From Eledone cirrhosa (Eukaryota), in contig OZ024743.1 of the NCBI GenBank assembly GCA_964016885.1, positions 118,296,001 through 118,360,000 on the forward strand: 64,000 nt of DNA, written 5' to 3'. The translations under genes were made by a program, and so were the position numbers. The notes below the pieces were generated by a model. The model searched no databases. It was given only the letters and a program-made list of their open reading frames with translations, and was not told where the DNA came from. This document shows positions 27,515-40,580 of the stretch, piece by piece; the stretch's first letter is position 1; the number at the start of each line of letters is the position of its first letter.

Positions 27515-29420
27515 ATTTATTAAAATAACAGATTAAAGTTTAAGCAAAGAATCGCTACTTTCACCCTTAACGGGATCTTCTAAAACTAAAAAAATCAATC
27601 TGTAAACGCAGAAGTAAATATTTCAAAAAACGTTTGAACCGGAGGAAGTCTGGAAGACGATACTTTGGTTCGTGGACACGTTCCCTGGCAAAGAACGGGA
27701 AAAAACGAATATAATACGTCATTATTTGGAGCGTTGAAAAACAATTACACGCAAAGACAAAACCACGTTTATGGTATAAAAGAAGTCGTAGACTAATGTT
27801 CTCTTAGGTGGTTCATGGAGACGTTCTCTGGCAATGAACGGAAAAAACGAAGATAATACGTCATTATGTGGAGCGGGAAGAACAATTGCACACAAAGACA
27901 AAAGCACGTAAATGGTATAACTGAAGTCGTAGACTAAAATTCTAACTAGGAAACCGAATGATTCTCGGCTTCAAAGTTAAGAAAAAAGTAAATAAAATAC
28001 AGAGGTAATTGAAATTAAATAAATACATACACGCATCAATATATGTACATGCACAAGCATACGCGAAAACGTTCGCTATAGGTATACAAATACAAGCACG
28101 TACACAAAATAAAAACACGCACGCACATATAGAACCCACGCAACGCCTGTACCCGCACACATACGAACGTATACACCAAATACACATAAAAATATATATT
28201 AAAAATACATATATATATATTGGTGCGTTTGCGTGTATACATATAATTAAATAAACGTATATAAATAAATAAATACGTATATAACGCGCGCACACACATA
28301 CCTACATGTAAATACACATATGTTCGGAGACATACGTCAACCAAAACACAAAGTACACATATACACACACCCTACATACGTACAAACCCGCATACTCACA
28401 CAGACGCAAAACTCGCATATAAACATAACCAAATGCATATGTACCAAAATATATAATATATACGCCATAACATATACAATCAAATATACGTACGAGAAAG
28501 TATACGTACCTTCACAAAACATACAGGTAATATATACTTACCTATACAAATAAGTAATGGTATAAACATAACATATACTTATGTACCACATCAAGACTTA
28601 AATTATCCGCGTATAGTTCGTACTATCCGTTAGAGTATAATGTGGGGCTGTAATACAGGAAAGTTTTGTGCAATTTATGTTTACAAGCCGAAATAGCCTC
28701 AGATTTTTTGTTTAAGATGTGGTATTTGGCGTAGAGTATTTCCAGGGCCTCAGCGGCGCAGAGGTCACATGGTCTTTTGTTTCCGTGTAACTGATATTGG
28801 GTGTGGTTGTCTTTTAGACTCCAGATATAAGTTGAAAGTGACGTCATATTCCTTCTTAAAAAGTTAAGAAAAGAATGGGTTGACTTCCCCCTATCCGGGA
28901 AATGCCTCTCTAGTAACATTGTCTACAAATGTAAGGTTGAAACACCCACGTCCCGTAGGGCCTACATAGGGTTAACCGCCAATAGATTCAAGCAGCGTCT
29001 TTACATGCATACCCATTCTTTTCTTTTAAAGAAGTCGTAGACTAATATTCTATTAGTCTACGACTTCTTTTATACCATAAACGTGCTTTTGTCTTTGCGT
29101 GTAATTGTTTTTCACCGCTCCAAATAATGACGTATTATCTTTGTTTGTTCCCGTTCTTTGCCAGGGAACGTTTCCACGAACCAAAGTATCGTCTTCCTGT
29201 CTTCCTCCAGTTGCAACGTTTTTTGAAATATTTACTTCTGCGTTCACAGATTGACTTTTTTTAGTTTCAGAAGATCCCGTTAAGGGTGAAAGCAGCGATT
29301 CTTTGCTTAAACTTTAATCTGTTATTTTAATAAATATTTGCTCTACGGTTCTTATATATTTGATATATATTTATCCTTATTGAGCCCTCTTTGGATTTTA
29401 GTCTTCAAATTTATTATTAT

Positions 29421-29425
<5 letters not shown>
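27515..29425. mobile_element. Family B PLE 3' end with GIY-YIG remnant, inversions and inverted terminal arms
   Basis: 27515-27777 is inverted at 29052-29338. Minus strand 28623-28870 gives TSLSTYIWSLKD..CDLCAAEALEIL..LNKKSEAISACKH; plus strand 28882-29022 gives FPLSGKCLSSNIVYKCKV..AYIGLTANRFKQRLYMHTHSF. Confidence 0.85.
29263..29313 (+). ncRNA. HHR-like fold with variant core CAGAAGA (mirror copy 27537-27587, minus, UAGAAGA)
   Basis: AGUUU-CAGAAGA-U CCC GUUAA GGG U-GAAA GCAG..UUGC-UU-AAACU; all three stems pair. Confidence 0.6.
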
Positions 29426-29451
<26 letters not shown>

Positions 29452-29533
29452 GATATAGATATATATATATATATATATATATATGCATGTGTGCGTGTCT
29501 ATGTGTCTGTATGTGTGTGTATGAAGAGAGAGA

Positions 29534-29570
<37 letters not shown>

Positions 29571-30038
29571 AGAGAGAGTGAGAAAGAAACAGACAGAGAG
29601 AGGGGGTGTTGAGAATGGTTTCAACGGAGGCGAAGTACATTACATTTCATAGGTTGAAAGAGAAGAACAAACATCCAATCTTTATTGTTCAGATTATTTG
29701 CATATAAAAATGAAACAGTAGAAATGGTAGCTAGGTAGTTTGTGGGGAGGTCGACGTATAAGTAAATGTTCTTCCCTGCCAACTTAAAGTGCTTCATTTA
29801 CCAGGAAGTTACTTCGCTGGAAACATTGCCAGTCAAAGTCATTAAGATCGAGGTAAAATTCTTTGGACTGGAATAGATTGAGATAATAAGAGGTAAATAT
29901 CAGTTTCGTCAATGCAAAGTGAACTGAACATCAACATAAACACCAGTATATAAACATACACACTTACACACTTGCGTGTGCGTAGAAGTTCGTAGAAACA
30001 CAGATGTGGACACAAACATAAAAACACATATACACAAA

Positions 30039-30107
<69 letters not shown>

Positions 30108-31349
30108 CACACATGCATACACACATTTATAGGTACTCACAGAGACATACGCATATATATGTGTGTATCACTCTTGGGGGAAAGAGAGGAAATGAATCAG
30201 GGAAAGAAATAAAACGATGAATAAATTCATAGATAGATGCATAGTTAAATGGACAGCTGCCTATATAAGACATTTTTTATATGCGTATGTGTGTGTGTAT
30301 GTGTATAAATAATGAACACATTTTCTTTTAAACCTGTTAAATTATAGACACGTCTGTGTTCAATTTTGAACTTTTTCATTAGAGATTATTTCATATTTCC
30401 CTATTAATACTTTACGGTCGGTTTGAAACAAACCTTACCTATTAATGTTATGATACATTTCCAAATCCATCACATTATCGACTCAGATGAAGGCGATGCC
30501 TTAATAACTAAAAGTACATATACAACCCGAGTAAAATTTACGATCATGACAAAATATTTTCTCACACCAAAATGAAGAATGTCGAAACTTAATCATTGTA
30601 TCAGTACCCCGAGACCATTAGCAAAAACAGATATCAATATATTTAAGTAGGTCTTGTAATTTGTATAAGTCATAAGAGAAATCATTTCTTATGGATAAAT
30701 AAAAATATGTTAGAAACTTACGGCACGACAATAGGACGAATTCAAGACCAAACTGAAATTAATTAATGCTGTTAATGCTCAGGTAGAATGTGTCTCTTTT
30801 TAATATATAGTAGGAGAATTTAGACATATACACATGGACGCCATACTCGGCCCCTTTTATCCCAAATTAACACACCGACTGATAAAATCTGAGAAACGAT
30901 CGTCGGGTATTTTCCTTTGTTTTTGTTGAAGCTAGGTATGTGATTTTAGTCACTACCTTAAATTCATAGCGAAATGACTTCAAAATGTTTTTAAATAGAC
31001 ATACAGTACATTATTAAATATACAATACGTACATTCATATATTCATCGGTATTTCAAAGCACCAGTACAAATATATATATATATATATATATATAAATAT
31101 ATAAATTCAGCGAGAATCGTATTTCGGCTGGTAGATAAAGCGAAACGAAATGCAAAATCGTAGAAAAGCTGGCAAGCGTTCCAATACTTAAGAAAACTAT
31201 AGCTAAACAATGTGTTAAAACGCCATACAAACTGAAAAAGTGGTCAAGAAGGCATTAACCACCTAAGCCAAAAAACAAATCAAGCTAAACAGGTCAAACA
31301 GAATAAATGATAAAAACAGACCTGGACCCAAATGGAATTGATGGTATAT

Positions 31350-31995
31350 ATATCTAGGGCGGGTAAAATTCCCGAGATACATGGACGAGTTCTCTCCAGT
31401 GGTCTCTGTCCATCATTATCGCTGCCATGTCCTGCGTCTCCAACAGACCAGTGTCTGTCCTTAGGGCATCAACATACGTTAACCTTGGTCTTCCTCTTCC
31501 AGTGTGTCCATGAAGGGGCTCCCACAGGAGCACTGAGTGCAATGTCAACTCTGGATGTCGGTGAGCATGTCCAGCTAACCTCAGTCTCCTCTGTGTCACT
31601 TTTGAGCTGACTTTTGGGAGGCTCCCATACAGCTCTGAGTTGTTCATCCTCGGTGTATACTGATTAATGTTCAGAGCCATCCTCAGCATTCTCGTGTAGC
31701 ACCCATCCACCATCATAGTGATTTTCTTGGTCAGTGTCCAAGTCTCAGACCCGTACAGCAGCACAGACTCCACTACAGCAATGAAGAGGCGGATTTTCAG
31801 GTTTTTACGAAGGTTCGACTTCCACACCGTTCTCAAGCTGTGGCACGCCGCCCAGGCTTTGCTCTTCCTCTCAACCACATCATCCTCCGTATTCCCAATC
31901 TTTGCTCCCAGATACAGGAAGCCCTCAACCAATTCTAGCGGCTTCCCGCCTACATAAATAATCCCCTCTGGCTTCTCAACATTCTCTACTAGATA
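31350..31995 (-). mobile_element. RTE/RTE-X-type LINE 3' fragment, open reading frame
   Basis: ORF 31354-31932: FLYLG, LFIAVVESVLLYGSETWTLT, RRLRLAGH, GRGRPRLTYVD. Confidence 0.9.
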
Positions 31996-32004
31996 TTTTG
32001 TTTA

Positions 32005-32143
32005 TATATAACGAAGGAAGTGTGGTAAGGAACCAAGTGGATCATAACGCACCAGAGTACTCAATACTTAGGGTAGTAGAGTGGGTAACAGGAAATAGCC
32101 GTCGAAACGGCTTGAGCTCTGCCGTCGGGGTCTTGAACATTTT

Positions 32144-32182
<39 letters not shown>

Positions 32183-32332
32183 TGGACTAATTAGTTCAGA
32201 ATTAGCCGTCGAAACGGCTTGAGCTCAGCCGTCGGAGTCCTACTCGTTCCTATTACCCACTCTACTACCCTAAGTATTGAGTACTTTGGTGCGTTATGGT
32301 CCATCTGGTTCCTTACCACATTTCCTTCGTTA

Positions 32333-32333
<1 letters not shown>
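32005..32333. repeat. Two family A copies, head-to-head with inversion
   Basis: 32005-32092 reverse then 32092-32135 forward; 32196-32332 forward. Confidence 0.8.
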
Positions 32334-32725
<392 letters not shown>

Positions 32726-32980
32726 AGGGGGAGGCGTATATGGAAACATTTACAATTTGTTTCTGCATAATAGCAAACCAGTGGGCGTACTTCGCACAAC
32801 CAATGTAGTATACGAATTTCAGTATACACATCATAGCTGTATACTTCATGACTCAAATAATTATATCGCCCACAAAAACACAGCCATTTCCCTTCGGTTA
32901 ACTACGCATTGTCGACACGGATCCCTATAAAAAAAATACAAGACATGCAACATAATTAGATAGAAAAACAGGAATTTATA

Positions 32981-33092
32981 ATAATTGTTTCTACTTTTGG
33001 CACAAGGCCAGTACATTACTGGTACTTTATTTTATCGACCGCGTAAGGATGAAAGGCAAAGTTAACCTGGGCGAGATTTGAACTCAGATAGT
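32981..33092 (-). mobile_element. SINE partial copy
   Basis: Matches the SINE family. Confidence 0.8.
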
Positions 33093-33418
33093 AAATTATA
33101 ATAATGAAATTTCAAGTAGAATCCCACATATGACGAGGAGAGTAAGTATGTAACGTTCACGATAACCACCATACAAACCAAAAATCAACACTTATATACA
33201 TCGCATGCGAAATTAACTATAAAAGCTAACTAAACATAACTGTTGAGTAATCTTTTTTAATCCGGTGCTGAAGAAATTACTACATCTCCACCGAGAATTT
33301 GTGATGAATACAAAACGCACAAAGGATATGTCATTACTGATATTATTGTTATATTGAAGATGGGCCTCTGAAGTACTCGAAACTTTAATAGACATAACAC
33401 ACAATAACGAAAGCTAAA

Positions 33419-33839
<421 letters not shown>

Positions 33840-34199
33840 ACGTGTGTGTATGATTGTGTATGTGTGTGTGTATACATTATATATATTATATATTACATGA
33901 TATATGCATATGTGCGTATAAATATATGAGAACTGCCTCTTATTTACTGAAGAGGGCTATCTCTTCAATGTTGTGCTGAACGGCGATGAGACCGCAAATG
34001 AGTTCGCACACCTGCCTCGCTCTTGCATAACTTTTACAGATATGACATACATAAAGCTCCCGATAATCCTAAACGTAACCTGCCCTTTATGCAATGTCAT
34101 GATCTGCTTGAATCCAGCAGCACACCTACAAGCATTGTTGCCAAACTGACACGAATACCTGCAGGCTTTTCAGGGAGGACACCAACATAATCGGCCCCA

Positions 34200-34606
34200 G
34201 ACTTCTGATTGCTGTGAGCTCTTAAATGATTAGGAAGATGAGCACGAACATAAGCAACCTTCCCACAGATGTTACAGACATGGTCTGACCGGATCTCCTG
34301 CGGGACTCAATCTACGTTACCTTTTCTGAGTGCTCTTTTAAACAATCAATCCTGTTGACCTCACAGCGATAACAGCCATCATAATCCAGTCTTCTTCAAC
34401 CAGAACGTCTCTTCCTCGTCTTCCCAATCCTCAACACTAATACCAAAAGTCTTCAGGTTGCCTTTAACAACATCCCTAAAAGGTTTCGTGGGTTTGTCCC
34501 TGGGGCATTTACCACGAGTTAACACTCCATACCAAATTCGTTTAGAAAACCTTTCATTTCCCACCCGCCTTAAATGCCCTGCCTAACGCAGTTGGTTTTG
34601 AATGAT
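34200..34606 (-). mobile_element. RTE (BovB-like) LINE 3' fragment
   Basis: IIQNQLR*AGHLRRVGNERFSKRIWYGVLTRGKCPRDKP..FRDVVKGNLKTFGI, followed by a CNICGK zinc-finger-like remnant. Confidence 0.8.
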
Positions 34607-34620
34607 TAATTTTTAAATTT

Positions 34621-35513
34621 AATAGAAAATGCTGACAAATTGTTCACAGTTGAAAAATGGTTTAATTAGCCTGGGTTGGTAGTAGTGAACATAGTTAGGA
34701 TAGTATCGCAAAGGTTTTGGAGTTTGTCGCCGATTTCGGAGGGTTTGTATCCGGTGGCGGTTTCTTTATTTGTGGAGTCAAGTTTGTCGATACAGAAAAT
34801 GCCAACAAAAACGGATACAACCCTCATCAACTCAAATGAAGAGATCCTACAGGAACTCAAGAAAATCAACACCAACCTATGTTAAAGTTGGCAGAAGAAC
34901 CCTGTTTTGCAGAGCTCATCACCAGAGAATAGTTCCAAGCATTAGCATTGCTTATTAATGATAGCTGTTATCAAGTGCGTCTCCGGTTCGCTATGAAATT
35001 GAACAAAGGACTGCTAAGTCTTCGCTTACCTATCTTCTCTTTGGCAGCTAATGACCCTGTCAAGGAACGACGAGCTCAGGTGAAGCAGTTCCTTTATGCA
35101 AATATTAGCAAGAGGAGAGAATATCTCAAACAGCATGTATCACCAGGCTCTAAAATCTATTCCTTACTGCCAGATTATATGCTGCCCTATACAATCCACT
35201 TGCTGGCTCACGACCCTGACCTCAAATCACATGATCATATGCAGGCTTTGATGTCTTTGGTTTGTGATGGATCCATTGATGAGTCGGAGTGAAGATTACA
35301 ATTATGCGTTCTTTAGACGAATGATTGAAGATATCTTTGCTGGTCGACAAACTTGACTCCACAAATAAGGAAACCGCCACCGGATACAAACCCTCCGAAA
35401 TCGGCGACAAAATCCAAAACCTTTGCGATACTATCCTAACTATGTTCACTACTACCAACCCAGGCTAATTAAACCATTTTTCAACTGTGAACAATTTGTC
35501 AGCATTTTCTATT
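34621..35513. repeat. 170-bp inverted repeat pair (34621-34790 / 35344-35513)
   Basis: Reverse-complement match with about 2 mismatches by eye. Confidence 0.92.
34879..35335 (+). pseudogene. PDS5: Intronless, disabled fragment of sister-chromatid cohesion protein PDS5
   Basis: [85 protein letters not shown]..(frameshift)CLWFVMDPLMSRSEDYNYAFFRRMIEDI matches vertebrate PDS5B as recalled ([44 protein letters not shown]); TAG at 34930, a short in-frame deletion, one frameshift. Confidence 0.92.
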
Positions 35514-35559
35514 CCGTTTACCAATATATAATAACTTGTGTGTTACACCTTTATTCTTT

Positions 35560-35613
<54 letters not shown>

Positions 35614-35620
35614 ATATATA

Positions 35621-35685
35621 TAGTAATCATAATAAATGTGAAGACTAACATCCAAAGAGGGCTCGATAAGGATAAATATATATAT
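35621..35685 (-). repeat. Family B terminal fragment
   Basis: TAGTAATCATAATAAATGTGAAGACTAACATCCAAAGAGGGGCTCGATAAGG matches 32417 and 29370-29425. Confidence 0.75.
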
Positions 35686-37084
35686 AGATGTGTGTGTCTG
35701 TGTGAGTGTGTGTGTGTGTCTGTGTATATAAATTTATACTTATGCTTATACAAATATGTTTATAACAATAAAATATGCCACTTTCACATCTTTATTAGTA
35801 ACACCTCCTCACATTCTTATCATAATTTGACATAGCCTTAATTTAAAAATGCTTGATGAATACAATGACTATTGAATTATTTCATGAATCTTTCCAGCTT
35901 TCTTTTTCTGGGTCTTTCTCTCTATTCTCTTGCTCTCCTTCTTTCTCACCCTCTCATTATCTATCGTTTTATCACCCTTTCCCACCTACTCTCAATATAT
36001 TTTCGTATTTTTAGCATTTTGTAAGACTAAACACTGCAGAATTATTCAGTCAAGCTGAATATTTTATTACGCATCTTTCAACTTGACTAACTTGAAATAA
36101 AAGAAAACAATTTATGTAAAGATTAATGTAAACCTAATTATATATATATACATATATATATATGTGTGTGTATGGGGGTGTATATATAGTGTATGTGTGC
36201 GTGAGTGTGTATGTTTCTTTTTGTGTTTGTATACTATATGTATATATATTCTAATGAGAGATAGATAGATTAATAAATAGACAGAACCTACTTTATTTTG
36301 TTCTGAATATAATAATATCTTTACTATCTTGATGCTCCGTTGAATTTGCTCTTTTCAAAATTACAGGCCTTTATTTTCGTAGCCTAACGTTCCACTGATC
36401 TTTAACCTATATACTTACTAATATGTTTGAGAATGTTCCTAAGGTTCAGCTTTGTTGTCAATGTTGTTATAATTACAATTCCTTTAACTAAACTTTGCAC
36501 TAATTATCTTTAATCTTTTACTTATGATTTCTATTCACTCTGTAGAAATACCTATATTAATGACTTCCACAGAGTATATATTTGGATATTAAAATATTAT
36601 ATTGACTCATTAGGAAAAATAAGACTAACAGAAAATGATGACTAATAATAGTAGAAGTTATAGTTTATATATTTTGAGCAGGAAATAATAAAAAAAAATC
36701 ATCAGAAATATGAATGTTTCTAGGTGAAATGAAAATAACATGTTGTAGGTTTGCGACTAGTACTCAAATAAGCTGCTAGCATATAGTTTAAAACCATATG
36801 TTTATGGGCTGATTAGCCTCATATAAATGCGGAGCATTAGGCTGGCGGCCTGAACAAGAAATAGAATTAAGGAAAGGTGTGTGTAAATTTAACAACGACT
36901 ATACAGCGACAAAGAGATGAGGGTTACTTTCCCACCCCCTGATTTTGCTGGAACTAGGTAGGTGGCAATGGCCACCACCTTTAACATTCATAACTAAAGG
37001 ATTTCAAACGTTTATTCGAAAACGTGTCGTATACTATTCGATATACAAACCTTACAAACACACATACGCACGCACACACGCACG

Positions 37085-37189
<105 letters not shown>

Positions 37190-38049
37190 ATATATATATA
37201 TATTTTATCTTTTATGGTTTAGGATAGATCAAAGGAGAAACGCAAAATAACAACAAAAGTAGCCACTGAGGAGGTCACAGAATGCGTGACGAAAGAGCAT
37301 TAACGACCAACAACTAAACAACAATTTGGTTATTAAAATAAACGACTATTATTATAAATTTAAGTGAAAACCTACAGGTGCGTGTGTTTCATTAGCAGCA
37401 TGACCTACCACCACAGATATATATATATATGATTTTAGCATTGTCGCGGGGAGTGCCATTTTCGTCAATCAGACGGCCAACAGTGAAGACAGAGACTTTT
37501 TGTATTTTTACAAATGAAAAGCACAGTTTGAGATGGAATTTGATTTTCTCAAATGGAATTTGATTTACTAATCAGCTGTTCTTTGGTTATTGGTGATGGT
37601 CTTCATGCATTGTAGAAGGTTATATTCTTATTCGAGCAGTACGAATGCAGTGGAATGTGTGTTGCTGTTGGCAGTATTTGTTTGTTGATTTTTTTAGCCT
37701 GTTCTTTTTTAGCTTGTTCTTTTTATTTTTCTGGTCATGGTTGTTTTTACTGTTTTGGGGGAATGTGCACACTTAGTTTTGACCAGAGATCGTGGTGGGG
37801 TGTGTTTTTCACATATGTTTGTGACAATGTCTACAAATATCTGCCATGTTTTGATGTTGGTAGAGATGTGTGTGTGTGTGTGAAAGAACAGTCAACATGT
37901 GATAGCTCGTTAGTGATTGCATCCCAGCTGGCATTATAAAGTTCCATTTTATCAAATAGGTGGAGAGAGGTCATTGGGTTTAGCTTTCGGGTGGTGGAAT
38001 CTCAGGTTACAGAGACCCATCATGGTCTGAAAGAAGGGTTTTCCACTGT

Positions 38050-38770
38050 ATTATTATGTATAGTGTTAGTCTCGTTACTAAACACTAGGTTCAAAATGTT
38101 TTTTTCTGATGTCTTGTTGGTGCAAGGACAGGGTGGAACAAGAAGAACTCACCCATAAAGTCGAAAAGCGACTCTGCGGCTGCTGTGTCAACAGGTTGAG
38201 GTGGAAGTAACTGGTTTCAAATTGTTTGTAGACCAATCAACACAGAGTAGATTCAAATCTCATATCATAAGTATGTTACCCGAATGACACTTAATGGCTG
38301 TTGAGGCATTCTTTAAAGGACAATATGGAGTTTGGGGTGGCTTAAATAGTCCAATTATTATCAAAACATTGGCTTTTATGTGCACGGTGACTGATTCACA
38401 GCAGCCGCTGGAGAATGTGAAATTTCCGTCTGCTGTAAAGGAATCATGCAAGAAAATGGCAGTTCCACGCTTCCTTCGGCCGATACGATTTGCGTAAGTG
38501 GTTGTGATACTCCTCACCTTCACTTCGGCTTCCAAGTGGGAGTTATCAAAATGGGTTTCAGTAAGGATGAGGAAAGGGATCTGATTAACAATCCCATCCT
38601 CATTTTTGTGTATTGAGGGAAAGCCGACATTTTGTGCATTGAGTAGAAATGTGCAGGTTTTGACTGTTGCAGATGGGTTGTTTTCGTGTTTGCGTGTTAG
38701 TGACAGCAATGGAGAGAGTTGGTACATTGGGGTAATAGCATACGATTGCTTTTATCTCTTTTGCAAGGTT
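38050..38770 (-). mobile_element. CR1/L2/Jockey-group LINE endonuclease (APE) relic
   Basis: ORF 38260-38727: LLNAQ, ILTETHF, R..RKRGTAIFL, CESVTV, IGLFKPP, then a degenerate GDLN. Confidence 0.7.
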
Positions 38771-38884
38771 TATCAAGAAAAGTTTTCCTGTTTAGATATA
38801 TATATATAGAAAATACTTGCTGAACACACAAACCGAAACCGCTTGGCGCGTCGATCGGGATTTTTACGCATATCTCTCTCTCTC

Positions 38885-38935
<51 letters not shown>

Positions 38936-38993
38936 GCATACATACATAAATATATATACATAGATATATATATATGTATAGATATATGCATAG

Positions 38994-39045
<52 letters not shown>

Positions 39046-39113
39046 GTTATTCCGGGTTGAATCGGAGGTAACCACAGTAAGTAAGGTACTCAATACATTG
39101 CAGAGTATAAAAG

Positions 39114-39237
39114 TTTTAATATAGATGAGATTCTACCTGACTAGAACTGTTTCATTCTTTAGAAATCATCAGAGATTCCTGATGATTTCTAAAGAATGAA
39201 ACAGTTCTAGTCCTGTAGAATCTCATCTATATTAAAA
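39114..39237. ncRNA. Palindrome with a hammerhead core on each strand (family C)
   Basis: CUGAUGA-U UUC UAAA GAA U-GAAAC-AGUUCUA-GUC reads on both strands; ~58-bp arms around 39173-39178; stem I truncated by the fold-back. Confidence 0.7.
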
Positions 39238-39298
39238 TATATATATATATATATTTTAATATAAGGAACTGTTTCTTTGTTTATTCATTATTTTATTA

Positions 39299-39347
<49 letters not shown>

Positions 39348-40495
39348 TATATATATATAATCATCAATGTGTACACTCGTCGGATCTGATTCAGTATCTA
39401 CTAGAGCGGTGACGATATTAAAGAATACATTAAGTTTCAATGATATGACTATTTTTTACCTGCACAATAATGCGTCTCTTGAAAACCGTGAAGACGTTAG
39501 AGATTAATCACAAAAGGTAATTTGTTAATGAATAATTAATTTCCATTTGAACTGTTGACTTAACTGTGTTAATGTAGGTTGTTAAGTATTTTTTTGTAAT
39601 TTTATATATGTTATTGTATTCTTGTTATGGTCTTACTTTTATATCCAAATGTGAGTAACTGGAACACTTTACGTTTTAGGAAATATCACTTTTTAGAAAG
39701 TGAGGTTATTTTTGTTAACTGTTTATAATAGGCGTACTGAACTAATGCTAATGATAAGGCCACGAATTGGCAAAATCGTTAGAACGTTGAACTGGGTGAT
39801 TTGTGGTATTCGTTATGGGTCTCTCCTATCTGAGTTCAAATCACGTCGAGATCAATTTTGATATCTATAACAAAAGTACTAGTCTAGTACGGGATTCGAA
39901 TCTTTATCTCTTTCATTAGCATCATTTCAGGATCGAAAAAGGAAGTACCACTCCAGGGGATTGTTAAAGTATCACTTGGTGGGATTGTTAAAGCGCCGGA
40001 AACTATCATATGCGATAGCTCCTCCAGCTCTCCACACTCTGTGTTCGAATGCTGTCACTGGAAAGGCGGCGATACTTCTGTCAGGAGTAATAATCGGAAA
40101 TGGAGTAGGGTCAATGGAAATGACGAAGGATTCTTTTCCGCCTGATTATTACTCCCTTTCTTCACACAAAGACACGCACATACACATTCTTTATATATAC
40201 CTTGTTTGTAAATAAGATTATTCTTTCTGTATCTTCTGGTTAACATGTGCGACACCACACTAATACATTTCACTATCATTTGATAATGCATAAAAATGCT
40301 GAAACCATAATTGAATATATAAATAGATAAATAAATGCCATTGTTAAATAATAAATAAATCAACTAATACCTTAACACTTCACACAAAGTAAAATATTTC
40401 GTTTTAATCATTTTCTACCCAGAAAAAAGAGAGAGAGAAACAAAAAAGGAAAAAAAATTTTTTTTTCTTCCTAATAATCGTCTCTTTCTCCCTGT

Positions 40496-40577
<82 letters not shown>

Positions 40578-40580
<3 letters not shown>

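Noticed and set aside
30478-30605. CAGAUGA ... GUCGAAAC possible HHR
   Set aside because: No convincing stems I or III.
34948-35292. PDS5 ORF as a functional exon of a resident gene
   Set aside because: In-frame stop upstream, a deletion, a frameshift, no evident splice sites at the homology ends and no other PDS5 exons seen in the window.
38815-38860. CUGAACA..CCGAAACCGCUUGGCGCGUC
   Set aside because: Core mismatch and no stem I or II.
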